DNA from: Eledone cirrhosa
Taxonomy: Eukaryota
DNA length: 64,000 nt
Reading direction: 5' to 3'
NCBI GenBank assembly: GCA_964016885.1
Contig: OZ024748.1
Coordinates: forward strand, 2,418,001 to 2,482,000
Of the stretch, positions 36,053 to 48,108 are shown in pieces. The notes below the pieces were generated by a model. That model made no database searches. It saw only the letters and a list, made by a program, of their open reading frames with translations, and was not told the DNA's origin. Position numbers and translations under genes: made by a program. Position 1 is the first letter of the stretch; each line of letters opens with the position of its first letter.

Positions 36053-36376
36053 TCAGAAAAGATCGTTTTGGTAAAAACAGGAGCAAGTAGGAGAAAGCTT
36101 TTTATATATATCTGCCAAGAGCACAAACAGAAGGATGTGTTTTTTCTGAATGTTGCATATCACAAAATCAAATTTCATCTGAAGAAAACCATTCTCATAA
36201 CAACAAGTGCATGAATTACATTTTGGATTGTATGGGAGAACCGTTGAAATAATTATGATGAATAAACGATTCATGTAACATCAGCATCTTTCTCAATGTT
36301 ATTCTGATATATATGTATGTATATATATATATATATATATATACATATATGTATATATACATATATGTATATATAC

Positions 36377-36414
<38 letters not shown>

Positions 36415-37193
36415 CACATATCATCATCATCGTTTAACGTCTATCTTCCACCCTAGCATGGGTTTGGACGGGAATTTTCCCACTTGAGGCAAGATTGGTT
36501 GTCTTGCTCGTATAGGACTGTCTGGCAGGTTTTCTACGGCTGGATGCCCTTCCTAACACCAACCACGTTTACAGTGTGGACTGGGAGGTTTTCTCCGTGT
36601 TACCTACACGGCCACATTACAGCGTTGACTGTGTGCTTTTTTGTCGTGACACCTACACGACCTCATTTGTTTAGGACTGGATGTTGTGGTACCAACATAA
36701 CTTTACATCGAGAGGGGCGGTGTAGATGGGCTTGGGGGTAGGGTAGGGGGACGGGGGTGTATTTTGGTTAAGAGGTGCCTACTGACTGTAGGTTTTGCTT
36801 TGTACTTAGGCAAGGCGGGTCTTCTGTATTATCATCATCATTTTATGTCCGCTTTTCCCTGCTTGCAAGGGTGGGACGGGAACTGATTCTGGCTTGATTT
36901 CTACAGCTGGATGCCCTTCCTAACACCAACCTCATTTACAGTGAGTGCTGGGTGCTTTCTTGCCGTGGCACCTCCACGACCACTTTGCAGTGGTATGATA
37001 GGGACCCCAGGCCCTATCATCTCATTTCTACAACTGAGTAAACTGGAGCAATGTGAAATAAAGTGTCTTGCTCAAGGAAACAACACATCACCCGATCTGA
37101 GAATTGAACTCACAACCTTTCGATTGCAAGGCCAATGCTCTAACCACTAAGCCATGTGCCTCCATCTATTATTATTGTATATATATAGTATTA

Positions 37194-37322
<129 letters not shown>

Positions 37323-37399
37323 TTTCTTTTATTTGCCACTAGGGCATCAAAAGTGGGACAAGTACAAAGGGGGGAGTTTACACAAAAAGGCGTCCTCAA

Positions 37400-37434
<35 letters not shown>

Positions 37435-37474
37435 TAAAAATAGACAAAGAAGCCTTCAATACATCAAAAGTCTT

Positions 37475-37525
37475 TATTAGCCTACAATGTTTCGTCCCAT
37501 TAATAAGGACTCATCAGGGCAATTA
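37475..37525 (-). ncRNA. Minimal type-I hammerhead ribozyme motif followed by AATAAA (Penelope-like pLTR signature)
   Basis: Reverse complement: taattGCC-CTGATGA-GTCC ttattaatg GGAC-GAAA-c att g-TA-GGCtaataaag. Canonical core, G-C first pair of stem II, GUA cleavage triplet. Confidence 0.75.
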
Positions 37526-37681
37526 AACAGATAAGAAGCATTAACGGCCAGAACAAGCCAAAACTCAATAGAATAGGGAATTCATATCCATGAAAGCTTA
37601 TGAGAGATATGAAGGAAAAGCATGCTAAAGCTAAAAGTTTGCAGTTATAAAAATAGATTATATGGCAAGAAATTGAGTAAA

Positions 37682-38633
37682 ATGTCAAACCAACGTTAAA
37701 ATTCACAGTATAATACAAATACATTAAATACAACATGGTAATATAATATGACAATTACAACACAATATAATGGGTAATAAAGTTTAATATATGTATATAT
37801 ATATACATCCATATATATACACTTTTACACAAACACATACTAACACTTAATAAGTATAAATATACTCTTTATAATATAAAATATTATTTTACTACCACTT
37901 GATGTCTGTCTTCCTATCATCATCATCATTACTTCTTCACTACCACTCCCTGTATTAATATATTAATTGCGTAAATATCTCTTAAACATTTTCTATTGAC
38001 TCTGCCAGTCTGCTTTTATATTTTTATATTATTATATTATTTATCATTATAATATTAATATTTATATATCATATTATTTCTATGTAATGGAATTATACGT
38101 ATTATCTTATGTCTGATTTTTAGGTACTGGTTTGTTATATTTTATATAATATTTTGTAATATTATGAATGTAAACTGCATATACCCCTATATACTTATTA
38201 TCAATACTTTATGTACTTATGTATTTATGTATATATATATATATTTTTCAACATACTCCAGTTTTATTAAGATATTTTTTCTTGCCCTGTGTAAAACTTT
38301 ATATTCAACTTGTTGACATTAAGTGATATGTATGATGTAGTTTTGTATATTTTTGATGTCAGTATATTATTATATTATTTCTTGTATAGCATATTTTTTG
38401 TATAGTTTACTTTTTGTATAGTTTATGCGCACCGTCAGGGTGTTTTTATTTTATATTATAAAGAGTATATTTATACTTATTAAGTGTTAGTATGTGTATA
38501 TATATGGATGTATATATATATACATATATTAAGCTTTATTACTCATTATATTGTATTGTAATTGTCATATTATCTTACCATGTTGTATTTAATGTATTTG
38601 TATTATACTGTAATTTCAACGTTGGTTTGACAT
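37682..38633. repeat. Long inverted repeat (arms ~37682-37882 and ~38448-38633) in the TMEM42 3' region
   Basis: ATGTCAAACCAACGTTAAAATTCACAGTATAATACAAATACATTAAATACAACATGG... is mirrored by ...CCATGTTGTATTTAATGTATTTGTATTATACTGTAATTTCAACGTTGGTTTGACAT. Confidence 0.9.
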
Positions 38634-38673
38634 GTAACAAGACATTGTTATTGTTGAGAAAGAAAAAATATCT

Positions 38674-38974
38674 TTATTCAGTTTTCTCCATAATTTCTTC
38701 TTGGTGAATGTTCTTCTTTTGAATTAGAAACAAACCTGAGATAATACACAGGAAACCTAGAAACCATTGTAAGTTTAGATGTTCAGAGAAGATTATCCAC
38801 CCAAATATAGCCTGAAATAGAGAAAGGAAAAGAGAGAGTGTTAATGTGTATGGGTGTGTGAGAGAGAGAGAGAGAGGGTGAAGGAGTTACTGAAAGAAAG
38901 AATATGACAGAGAGAGAGAGAGAGAGGGGGTGAGATGGTGAGAGAGAGAGCAGGGATTACTGAAAGAGAGGATG

Positions 38975-39012
<38 letters not shown>

Positions 39013-42000
39013 TTACTAAGATTTTTAGTAAATCCTACCAAATTCTTCATTAATTAATTGAAATACTATATATTTCATTATGAATAAGATAACAAAAGAA
39101 TTAAAGAACCCTCCATCCCCTCCCCTCCCTCATATCAGCAGAGGAAATAGAATATAACTTACAGAGAAGAGAAAGTTTGCAGCTGTGTTGGTGGCTGAGG
39201 CCTCAACTGTTGAGGAGAAATACTGGAGCGCTTTGGTGAATGTTGTCCACATTAAAACATTAAATAAAATTACAAAACCAACGCAAAACACCCACAATGC
39301 ATTAATCAATGTCTGGAAAACAGAAAAGGCATTAATAGAAAGTTATTAAATGGATTAGTGGTTAGAGAGTTGAATTGACAATCATGGGGTTGTGAGTTTT
39401 GATTGTCAATTCTTGGACCAGGCAATGCATCGTGTCCTTGTGCAAGACACATGAGTTCATGTTGCGCATCTTCTTACAAGACAGGTTTCCATAACTTTGA
39501 TAGAACTGAAGGTTCTTCTATCATTTTGTTTGGCAAGCTTCCTACAGCTGGATATCCTCCCTATTACCAGCCACTTGTATGTACGTGTAGATTGTCATCC
39601 CAACTCTTAGCTTATATATCATATCATAGGCCTCCTTTGGTCACAAATGACCATGTATATATATATAAAATTTGGGAGGAACAGGAAGCTATGTGGTTAC
39701 TTGATAAAGTGTATTTAAAAATAAAAGGAAAGCACAAACGGGGGACAATCCTTTCTTCAGCTGTCTGCTTGAGATCTCGGACATTTCAACGCATTAAAGA
39801 CAATATATATATGTATAGCTATATATATAGAGTGAGTATTAAATATTACCCAGTTACAAGTATGAATATAGCTCGATGTAATATAACAAGTATAATACAG
39901 AGCCGAAGTACATTGTAAATAATAATCAAAGACTGTTTAATCTTTCAAACATTTAATAACTTACGATCGTTTCATCCTAGCACAAAGCACATAGAGGCTA
40001 TGCAGGGGCACCCCCTTTATATATATATATATGTGTGTGTATGCATGATTGTGTATATACATGTATTTGTGTAAAAGTATAGATCAAAATAACATGTTAA
40101 CTTCGTTTCTTTTTTTTTTTAATTAGAATGTTAAATCAATATCTATTATTGCATTTATATAATAAAAATCCCCTCATATTTACCTAATTTGAGTCGATAG
40201 TTATTAAATCAATATTTAGTTGTAACTAAAAAAATAAATAACTAAATCAGTTACATTTGTCCATTTTAAATGCACTATTGTGCCAAACTAAGTTTTATTG
40301 AAGTTCAGGGGAAATAACTTCGCTTTCCTTAACCTAAATCATGTATTGATTGATTTAGTATAACAATGTAAATGTATAAATATTTTAAGAAATTCAATAA
40401 TCATAATTTCTATTAAACTACTCACGGGTCTCGAATAATCGCCCTTCCACCACCACCCCGCTTATTCAGTTTTCAGATTTCTTTTCACCCCACTTTTTTA
40501 ATTTTGCTAATTGATTTTCTTTATTTTAAGTTTAAGTGGTAACATTCCTGCGACAATTTATTTTATATACATGACGAAAAAAAAAATATATATATATATA
40601 CATTATTGGGAGCGGTACCCCAGCAAGGCCTCAGTCCCTCGGCTGGAACCCAAATAAATAAATAAATTACTAGAAATCCCATGTTATAAAATAAATAGGA
40701 TGATTGGGGGGGGGGGGGGGGCGGTCTCAATATGTAAACTAAACGACTAATTCTGTTTTGTTTTTTCTTAATCAACAGAGACAACCTAGAAATTACTGCT
40801 TTTCCACACACAACCGCGCTTATTCTAACCCACCTATTATTTGGGACCCGAGAGTATAGGTTTTCATTTGAGGACAAATGTTGTACCTATAGCATCGCTA
40901 CCCCAATGATATATGACCGGGCAGTGTAACAGAACGTTCTCTGGCATGCAGAATCCCAGACACAAACTCCCTCGTGGTCCCAGCAGGCAGAATGGAGAAA
41001 CTATTATCTCCAGATGAAGATAGTGAGGGAGAGACGTTGAAATAATCACTCCAACTAGCGGGGCTTACTCCAGCAGGGTGGCTGTAGGTAGGGGGGGGGG
41101 GTAAGGAAACTGCTATAGGTTTGACAAGATGCAAGTTCACTTCATAGGGGCTTACCCTTGCAGGGTAGCCAACTCTACCCTAATAGCAGTGGGTAGGGAG
41201 GAGGTACAACGACCAAGAATACCAGAAGTCTCTTTTGCTATAGATTTGATCAAAACCAGCCCAATATTACCATGGACATATGGTTAGAATGTCTAACAAA
41301 ATAATTGCTGGACAGATTTTATAGGTGAAACTAACCCCAGCCTGAGACGGTTTCTTCTGATAGGACACTATGGAAGGCGTGACTGAGGACTCTTCCCCCT
41401 CCCCGTCCAAGAAGAAGAAATAAAGTAAGCTGTAGATTATGATATTAAAATGAAAATGAAACTATATGAAAACCTCCAATAAGAACCCAGGAATAAACTA
41501 AAAGTGAATGCCAGGAAGTAAAATCATATCCGATGTAATTACCAATGACAACTGTAGTGCAGAACATGGGTTACCGTTACGGTCCCACTATACAGATTAT
41601 TGAAAATACGTGGCTATGGACGAAGAAAAAAAAAAGAAAGAAAGAAAAAACACAGAAACTTCACTAAAACGCCTTTCGGATTTTGGCCCCAAAACAATCA
41701 GGTACCTTTCAACTACATTTTATTGTAAGCTATATAGGACTCTAGTACATATATACCAATGGCAAAAGTTCTGTATATATTTTTCTGAATGTTAACCTTA
41801 AAACATGCGGCAGCAAATTGTAAACTTTTAAAAACACGCCTCAGTGATTTCTAACTTTAAAACATGCACAAATATATCTGAAAGAATCGCGAGCAATTTA
41901 TAATGTTATCTAAGCATTTGTAATGTTATTTATGTATATATTTAAAACATATTTGTTATGTTATTCTACTGTAAATTTATTTATTTGTAATGTTTATACA

Positions 42001-42093
42001 ACTTTGAATAAAATATTTCCTTCGGGTTGTATGTATGCAGCTATATATATATATATATATTTGTTGTATCCCAACAAATTAAATATAACCTCT

Positions 42094-42172
<79 letters not shown>

Positions 42173-42344
42173 GTGTGTGTGTGCTTCTAATATAATTATA
42201 TAGACATGTCAGGTAAAAATGATTTACATTTAATTGATTAAGGTGAGCGTGTTATAACATGCATGGAATATCCCAGTTATCTAAACGAAACGGTCGTAAG
42301 TCAATTAAATTATTTAATTTGAATCCTTGTTAATCTTCTTTATT

Positions 42345-42396
<52 letters not shown>

Positions 42397-43442
42397 ACGG
42401 GATGGTCACGATTGGAAAACATTTGATCATAATATCAGAATAAAGAATATAATGCAGTGATATAAAAAAAATAAGGGGGGGGGGGGTGAAGACCCTCACA
42501 TACCACAAGGAATACTGAAGCCTCCCCCCCAGCAGCGTTCCTGCGGATGTTAGCGAGGCTATGATACTGGAATAACCAAGTACTCTCACCGTGAGCATCA
42601 CTTGATATGTCAATTAGATTTGTTGATAGCGAGGCTAAGACGTTTGAATAACCAAGCACCTTCACCTGATATGTCAGTTAGATCAGTTGATAGCAAGGCT
42701 AAGACGCTGGAATAACCAAGCACCCTTACCCGATATGTCAGTTAAACCAGGTGATGGCGAGGCTAAGACGCAGGAATAGCCAAGCACACTCACCTGATAT
42801 GTCTGTAAGACCAAGTGATAGCGAGGCTAAGACGCTGGAATAACCAAGCGCCCTCACCAGATACCTTGGTAACATGATCCGTCAATGATGACAAGAACTT
42901 CGTTGTCAGTGTCCCAGCTCCCCCAAATGTCTCGAACTCCACTGACTTAACAAATAGTTTGCCGATCGATAATTGTGGTATTTTAAAAGGAAGCCCTAGA
43001 TCCCCTTTTTGTGATGTGTGATTGAATGAACGGGTTCCCCGCCCCCTTTATATATCGGTATAGTCGTATTCATTACATAAATTGTATTGACACTACTTTA
43101 AATCAGAAAAAAAAACAACGAAAAATAAGAAATGGGATGGCCATTACTGGCACGGCATTGTTCTGTCAACTGGATATAAGTCCAACTGACCTAGAGCTCA
43201 ACTATGAAACAAAACAACAACAAATATAAATGTTGAAACTATATATATATAAGTCTTACTTTTGAGCAGATAACTGACTGAAGTAATGTGATAACGCTAT
43301 AAGATGAGACTAACTGGCAGAACGGTTGTACAATGTCGGTATTAAATACAAGTTTAGCCGATGTTGATGCTAACGCAGCGAAGAGACCAGAAAAAACTGC
43401 GAGAAATGCACCATAATTTAATATTTTCTTTTTCTCCTTCAT
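38674..43442 (-). CDS. TMEM42: Transmembrane protein 42 (EamA/DMT-like small membrane protein), 3 exons, 156 aa
   Basis: Exons 43260-43442 (MKEKKKILNYGAFLAVFSGLFAALASTSAKL...), 39163-39312 (...FNVLMWTTFTKALQYFSSTVEASATNTAANFLFS) and 38674-38811 (AIFGWIIFSEHLNLQWFLGFLCIISGLFLI...KTE*). Both introns are phase 0, GT-AG. The motifs AxxSGxFAAxA, NxxMWxxFxxAL, TxxNFxxSAxxG, FxE and WxxG, plus the length, fit TMEM42. Confidence 0.88.
40419..40856. mobile_element. TA-flanked MITE (related copy at ~28963-29288)
   Basis: Termini TACTCACGGGTCTCGAATAAT / ATTATTTGGGACCCGAGAGTA. It shares internal blocks (ATTCCTGCGACAATT, TTACTAGAAATCCCAT) with 28963-29288. Confidence 0.65.
42545..42865. repeat. ~63-bp tandem repeat (~5 copies) in TMEM42 intron 1
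   Basis: GATAGCGAGGCTAAGACGCTGGAATAACCAAGCACCCTCACCTGATATGTCAGTTAGA... repeated. Confidence 0.9.
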
Positions 43443-43908
43443 TTTAAATTGTTGACATGTTCTCAGTCGTCCCGGAACATATTTTATCTGGGTGCAAATA
43501 CCTTATTAATTTTATATATTGTTATATGAAATAACAATATATAAAATCTATTAATAATAAATAACAAAAATAAAGTCAATATTTGAGAATTATATATATA
43601 TATATATTTGATATTGAATGTTTATATTAGTGAAATCGAATATACGGCTTAGAATGATATATTCGTTTTGTTTTCTTCAAAGCAGTGAAGACAACTTCAT
43701 TAACTTATTAGATAATTTTATCAGATAATAAATATCTTCAATATACTTAATAATGTATCAAAGATATTTTAATAAAATAAGATGAAATAAAATTGTTTAA
43801 ATGTTACAGAATAAAGTTGTTATTACGAAAAATTCCCTTCTCATTAAATACTATATCTATACATTTTTTTAGCCATGCTTTGTAGATCCGCAGTGAAAAT
43901 AATCCACT
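43443..43908. promoter_or_regulatory. Putative bidirectional promoter/5'UTR region between divergent TMEM42 and EMC8 start codons
   Basis: The two ATGs face away from each other only 466 bp apart. An ETS-like CCGGAA lies near 43472. TSS positions cannot be seen from sequence. Confidence 0.7.
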
Positions 43909-46187
43909 ATGGTGGACTATAATGTTAGTCTGCAGGCTTACTGTAAAATATTGTCTCATGCAGCTAAATATCCTCATAGTTCTGTTAATGGAGTTCTTCT
44001 CGCCGAGGATACTAAGGTGAAAGATTCCAATAAATGCCTAAAAATGGTGGACAGTATCCCGTTGTTTCATGTCTGCCTAGGACTTACGCCGATGCTCGAA
44101 TTAGCCCTAACGCTGGTTAGTAGTCAGACATCAGATATTCCCGTATCTCTAAATTATTCTGATTTTCTTTTTTTAATTTTTTTTCTTCCCCTTTTCTCAA
44201 TATTCATCTTTCCTCCTTAAATCAAACAAAGTCTGGTTGTGAAGTTGGAACGATTAAGTGACAGATGTTTAGATGTTTAAAATTTAGTTTCAAAATAGAA
44301 ATGTGATCAACCCCCTTTTTAAAAAAAAAAACAAAAAAAAAACATGATTATTATTAATTTCTATAAAAGTAATATTTTAAAACAATTTTTAATTTAGCTA
44401 TGAAAAAAATATATTTAATTAATTTGAGTAGGAAATTTTATAGAACATATTTTAAAGTTTTGTTACTTAAAACTTCAGCCAATAAAGCATTTTATAATTA
44501 GCAATGGTTACCTAAATATGGTATTCAATAAACCTAAACCTCTTGCTGCTATTTGCATGTAATACACCCTTTGTTTCCATCCATACGTAATTTCTACGAT
44601 CTGGTCAAAGTGTTAATTTCATCAATTTCCTTCCACAATCTGTGGAAAGAATTCACATTTTCGACAAGTCTTTAAAATATTCTCTTTCCAGTTGTTCTGT
44701 ATTTTTGGTAAAACCCAAAGAGAAAAAAAAAGGAAAAGAATAATACTAGTAATAATATTTTATTTCAGTTTTAAGAAATAACTATTTGACTAAAATTTGT
44801 TAAACATTTTAGATTAATTCATCGTAAAATTTGAATGATGTTAGTTGTTTGTTTAGCTCCAGTCTGGCCTTGATCGAACAGTCTTATGTATGATCAAAGG
44901 AAGCCCAGTACTAACCTTTAAGTCTACGTAAAGACCAAACTACCTCGTGCTGTGTTCTTCCCCATTTTCAGACGGTATGGTGTGATTTGAGGAAGATTAT
45001 GTTGCTATTTACAGCAAATCAATCGGCCACGTTGAGGCCCTTTTTATTGGCTCCTTTTCCTTTAAAAATGACTGGGTTTAAATGGTATACTATAAGTATC
45101 CCCACGATCACTTTTGTCTGTATGACAAGCATGGAGGCAGCATGATCGATTGGTTAAGAAGTTCGCATTGCAATCAGTAGATCCCTTGTTCGATCCCACT
45201 GTGTGACATCTTGTGCAAGTGCCATTTCTCATAGCTTCGTGTCGACACATACTTTGTGAGGAGAGAAACTGGATAGTCGGAGACTGGAAGCACGCCGGGT
45301 GGGTTGTATCTGTAATTCAAAATGCTGAATCTCCCTCAGAATTACGTTAACGGTGCACGTGTCTGTGAAATGCTCAACCAACTTACACGTCAATTTCAGG
45401 AACAGTCTGTTCTGTTGATCCAACCAACAACTAGAACACTCGTCGTCGAAACCGATGGAGGTCCATTCCAAATGAGTGGATCGAGTTATACTTGACGTTT
45501 TATGGAGATGCTTAATTATAGAGGTTTGTTTAAATGTACTTTATATAGTTGGGATTACAATAGGAGGATTAAATAAAATATGAATGCAATGAGCAACAAA
45601 TAGATTATATGTACTGTGGATTATCTGTGCAACAAGCAAGTTGTGTGTATTTGAAATGCTAAGGGTACATATTGTTAGGGCTCACATATGCCTGAGTTTA
45701 ACCGGCCTCGTGTGAGGTTTTATCTCTTAGGAGGCATCATGTGTGTGTTTTAATATCATTCAGGGTACATCTATAACAAATTATTGGAAACATTATCTCT
45801 TTCATTACCATATTTTTTATGAAAACTCAGAACGTAAAGGGTGGTAACTCTGCTGCAAAGCATTCTCTTATTAAAAATATCAATTGTTAGGTATTTGTTT
45901 TCTCTATAAAACCTATATTTTTTAATGTTGTTTTTCAGGTAGATATATACTGTAAAAGTAAAGGTTTAGTCATTGGTGGATATTACCAAGCAAATGAAAA
46001 CTATTACAATTCAAAGTAAGTTATTATTATTATTGACTTATTTCTATTGTGTTGTTACTGTATTACCGAGCACAGCTCTATGTGCCTTGGGTATGTGCAG
46101 CGTTGTTTTTGGTGGTGCTGTTTGTATTGTATTGAAAGTACTCTTCGTAAAATGTGTGCAGTACCTAGTAGTGGTATTTTCTGTATG

Positions 46188-46220
<33 letters not shown>

Positions 46221-48108
46221 GCAAGTATGGAAAATGGACATTAAACAATTAAACATTGATGATTATCATCATTATTATATATATATATATGAATTTGTAG
46301 CTGGTTGTCTTGCCTCTATGGATAACTTTCAATGTTCTTTTTTGTATTGATAATAATCCAAATCTTCTTGTTCTGGACATATTCTTCTTTATTTGCAGAC
46401 CTGACAATGTTGCCCATTTAATTGGCAAGAAGATACAGGAATATTTTGCAGATTCATGTTTGTTTATGGTGAGTGTTTATTTTGTTTTATTTTTACATTA
46501 TTGAATGAAAACTATAGATATTTGTATTTGCTATATATATATATATATATATATATGACCAAAGATTAATATGGTTCATTGATTACTCAACGAATACAGT
46601 TTTACAATAGATTAGAAGCACTCAACAGAGTTTTCCTGGAGTTTTTAATATTATTCAAAATGTTAACAAATGAAAAATATTCGCATAATCAAAATATATA
46701 CTTTATTATATATATTTCAAAGGTACATATATCAAATCATATATTTTGTCTGATGAGGACGTACCGAAAAAACAACACAGTACCTTTGAAATATATATAA
46801 TAAAGTATATATTTTGATTATGCAAATATTTTTTCATTTGTTAACATTTTGAATAATATATATATACATATATGTATATACACAAGTTTCCCCCTGTCCA
46901 ATTCATGTCAGAATGGAAAGATATGCGTACTTTCACTCTCTCCAAGACCTCTCCCACAACTTAACTCTTACCCCTCACTCACGCCCATGGATTTATCCCC
47001 GAACTCCCACCTCATCCAACCATGCCTGCATGGAATACTGTGTGCATCCCACGATACTGTCAGAAACCACTCACTCTGTTTTCCCTGCTAGTAAGAGTTG
47101 TCACAGACCAAGTCAATACACAGGCATAACTACTGTTTTTTCAGGCAGGTCAAGGAATCTACAACTCACTCATATTCTCAAACTTTACTGAGTGTCCTGA
47201 CAGCCCAGGGGCCTGCATCTCACTTATATACATTCCTGTGCTCTGAGTACATTTTATCCTGGCACCACCACTAGACAGGTTGTCAGTTTTTTAACAAAGC
47301 TGAAGAATCTTCCTGGCCTTTATTCTGAAATATTCCCCTCTAGCGATATTGATATTGGCTTTCTGTTCTATTTTATAGGTAAACAACAACAAAGTATCCC
47401 CTCAGTGTGTATCAGAAGCTTATAAAATTTATCTTTATAAAGACAACATGTGGAAAGAAACTGAGAAAAAGTAAGTCTTTTTTTTCTGTTTTATAAAAGT
47501 TTTATTGGAAAAAAGTAGTGCTGGTGCCACAACAAAATGCACCCAGCCCACAGGTTAGGTTTGTGTAAATTATCAGCAGTAAGGAAGTTGTCATGTATTT
47601 CCTTGACACAACTGGAGCCCTTCCAATCCTGTTTAGCAGGTTTTTATATGACTGGAAACCATTTTACAGAATGTACTGGGTGCATTTATCGTGTAGATAA
47701 TCGACACAACTGAAGGGTCTTCCAGATCCTTTGTTTGGCAGGTTTTCTATGGCTAGATGCCATATAACAATTATGATTTCACTTGTCATGGGGGCTCACA
47801 AAGCTAACCCCTGCTTTAGTAGGGAAAATGACATTAATACGCTTGTTGTTGTCATTTGTCATTCTTTCTTGTTACCTTGAAGTGTTGTTGCTATTGCTAA
47901 CATTTCATTAACTCCAGTATTACTTTCTTTCAGACAAACAGTTGAAGAGGAGACCCTCCTCACTACATCGCAGGTACTGGAAACACCAGCAGTCTATCGC
48001 AAACTTATGGATTTTGATAACCACTTTGACGACATCAAAAATGACTGGCGAAATACAGAGCTAAATGAAATATTAACTAACAAGGATATTTTGAAGAACT
48101 ACCTCTAG
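43909..48108 (+). CDS. EMC8: ER membrane protein complex subunit 8/9 (UPF0172, MPN-like; NOC4/COX4NB homolog), 5 exons, 206 aa
   Basis: Exons 43909-44115, 45939-46015, 46399-46468, 47379-47470, 47934-48108 are all GT-AG and join into 621 nt in frame. Motifs: AYCKILSHAAKYPHSSVNGVLLA, DSIPLFH, LTPMLELAL, IGGYYQANE, LMDFDNHFDDIKNDWRN. Invertebrates usually have a single EMC8/9 gene. Confidence 0.95.

Noticed and set aside
39403-39918. 171-aa plus-strand ORF
   Set aside because: It lies antisense within TMEM42 intron 1 and is assembled from SINE/repeat fragments, with no true ATG start or domain.
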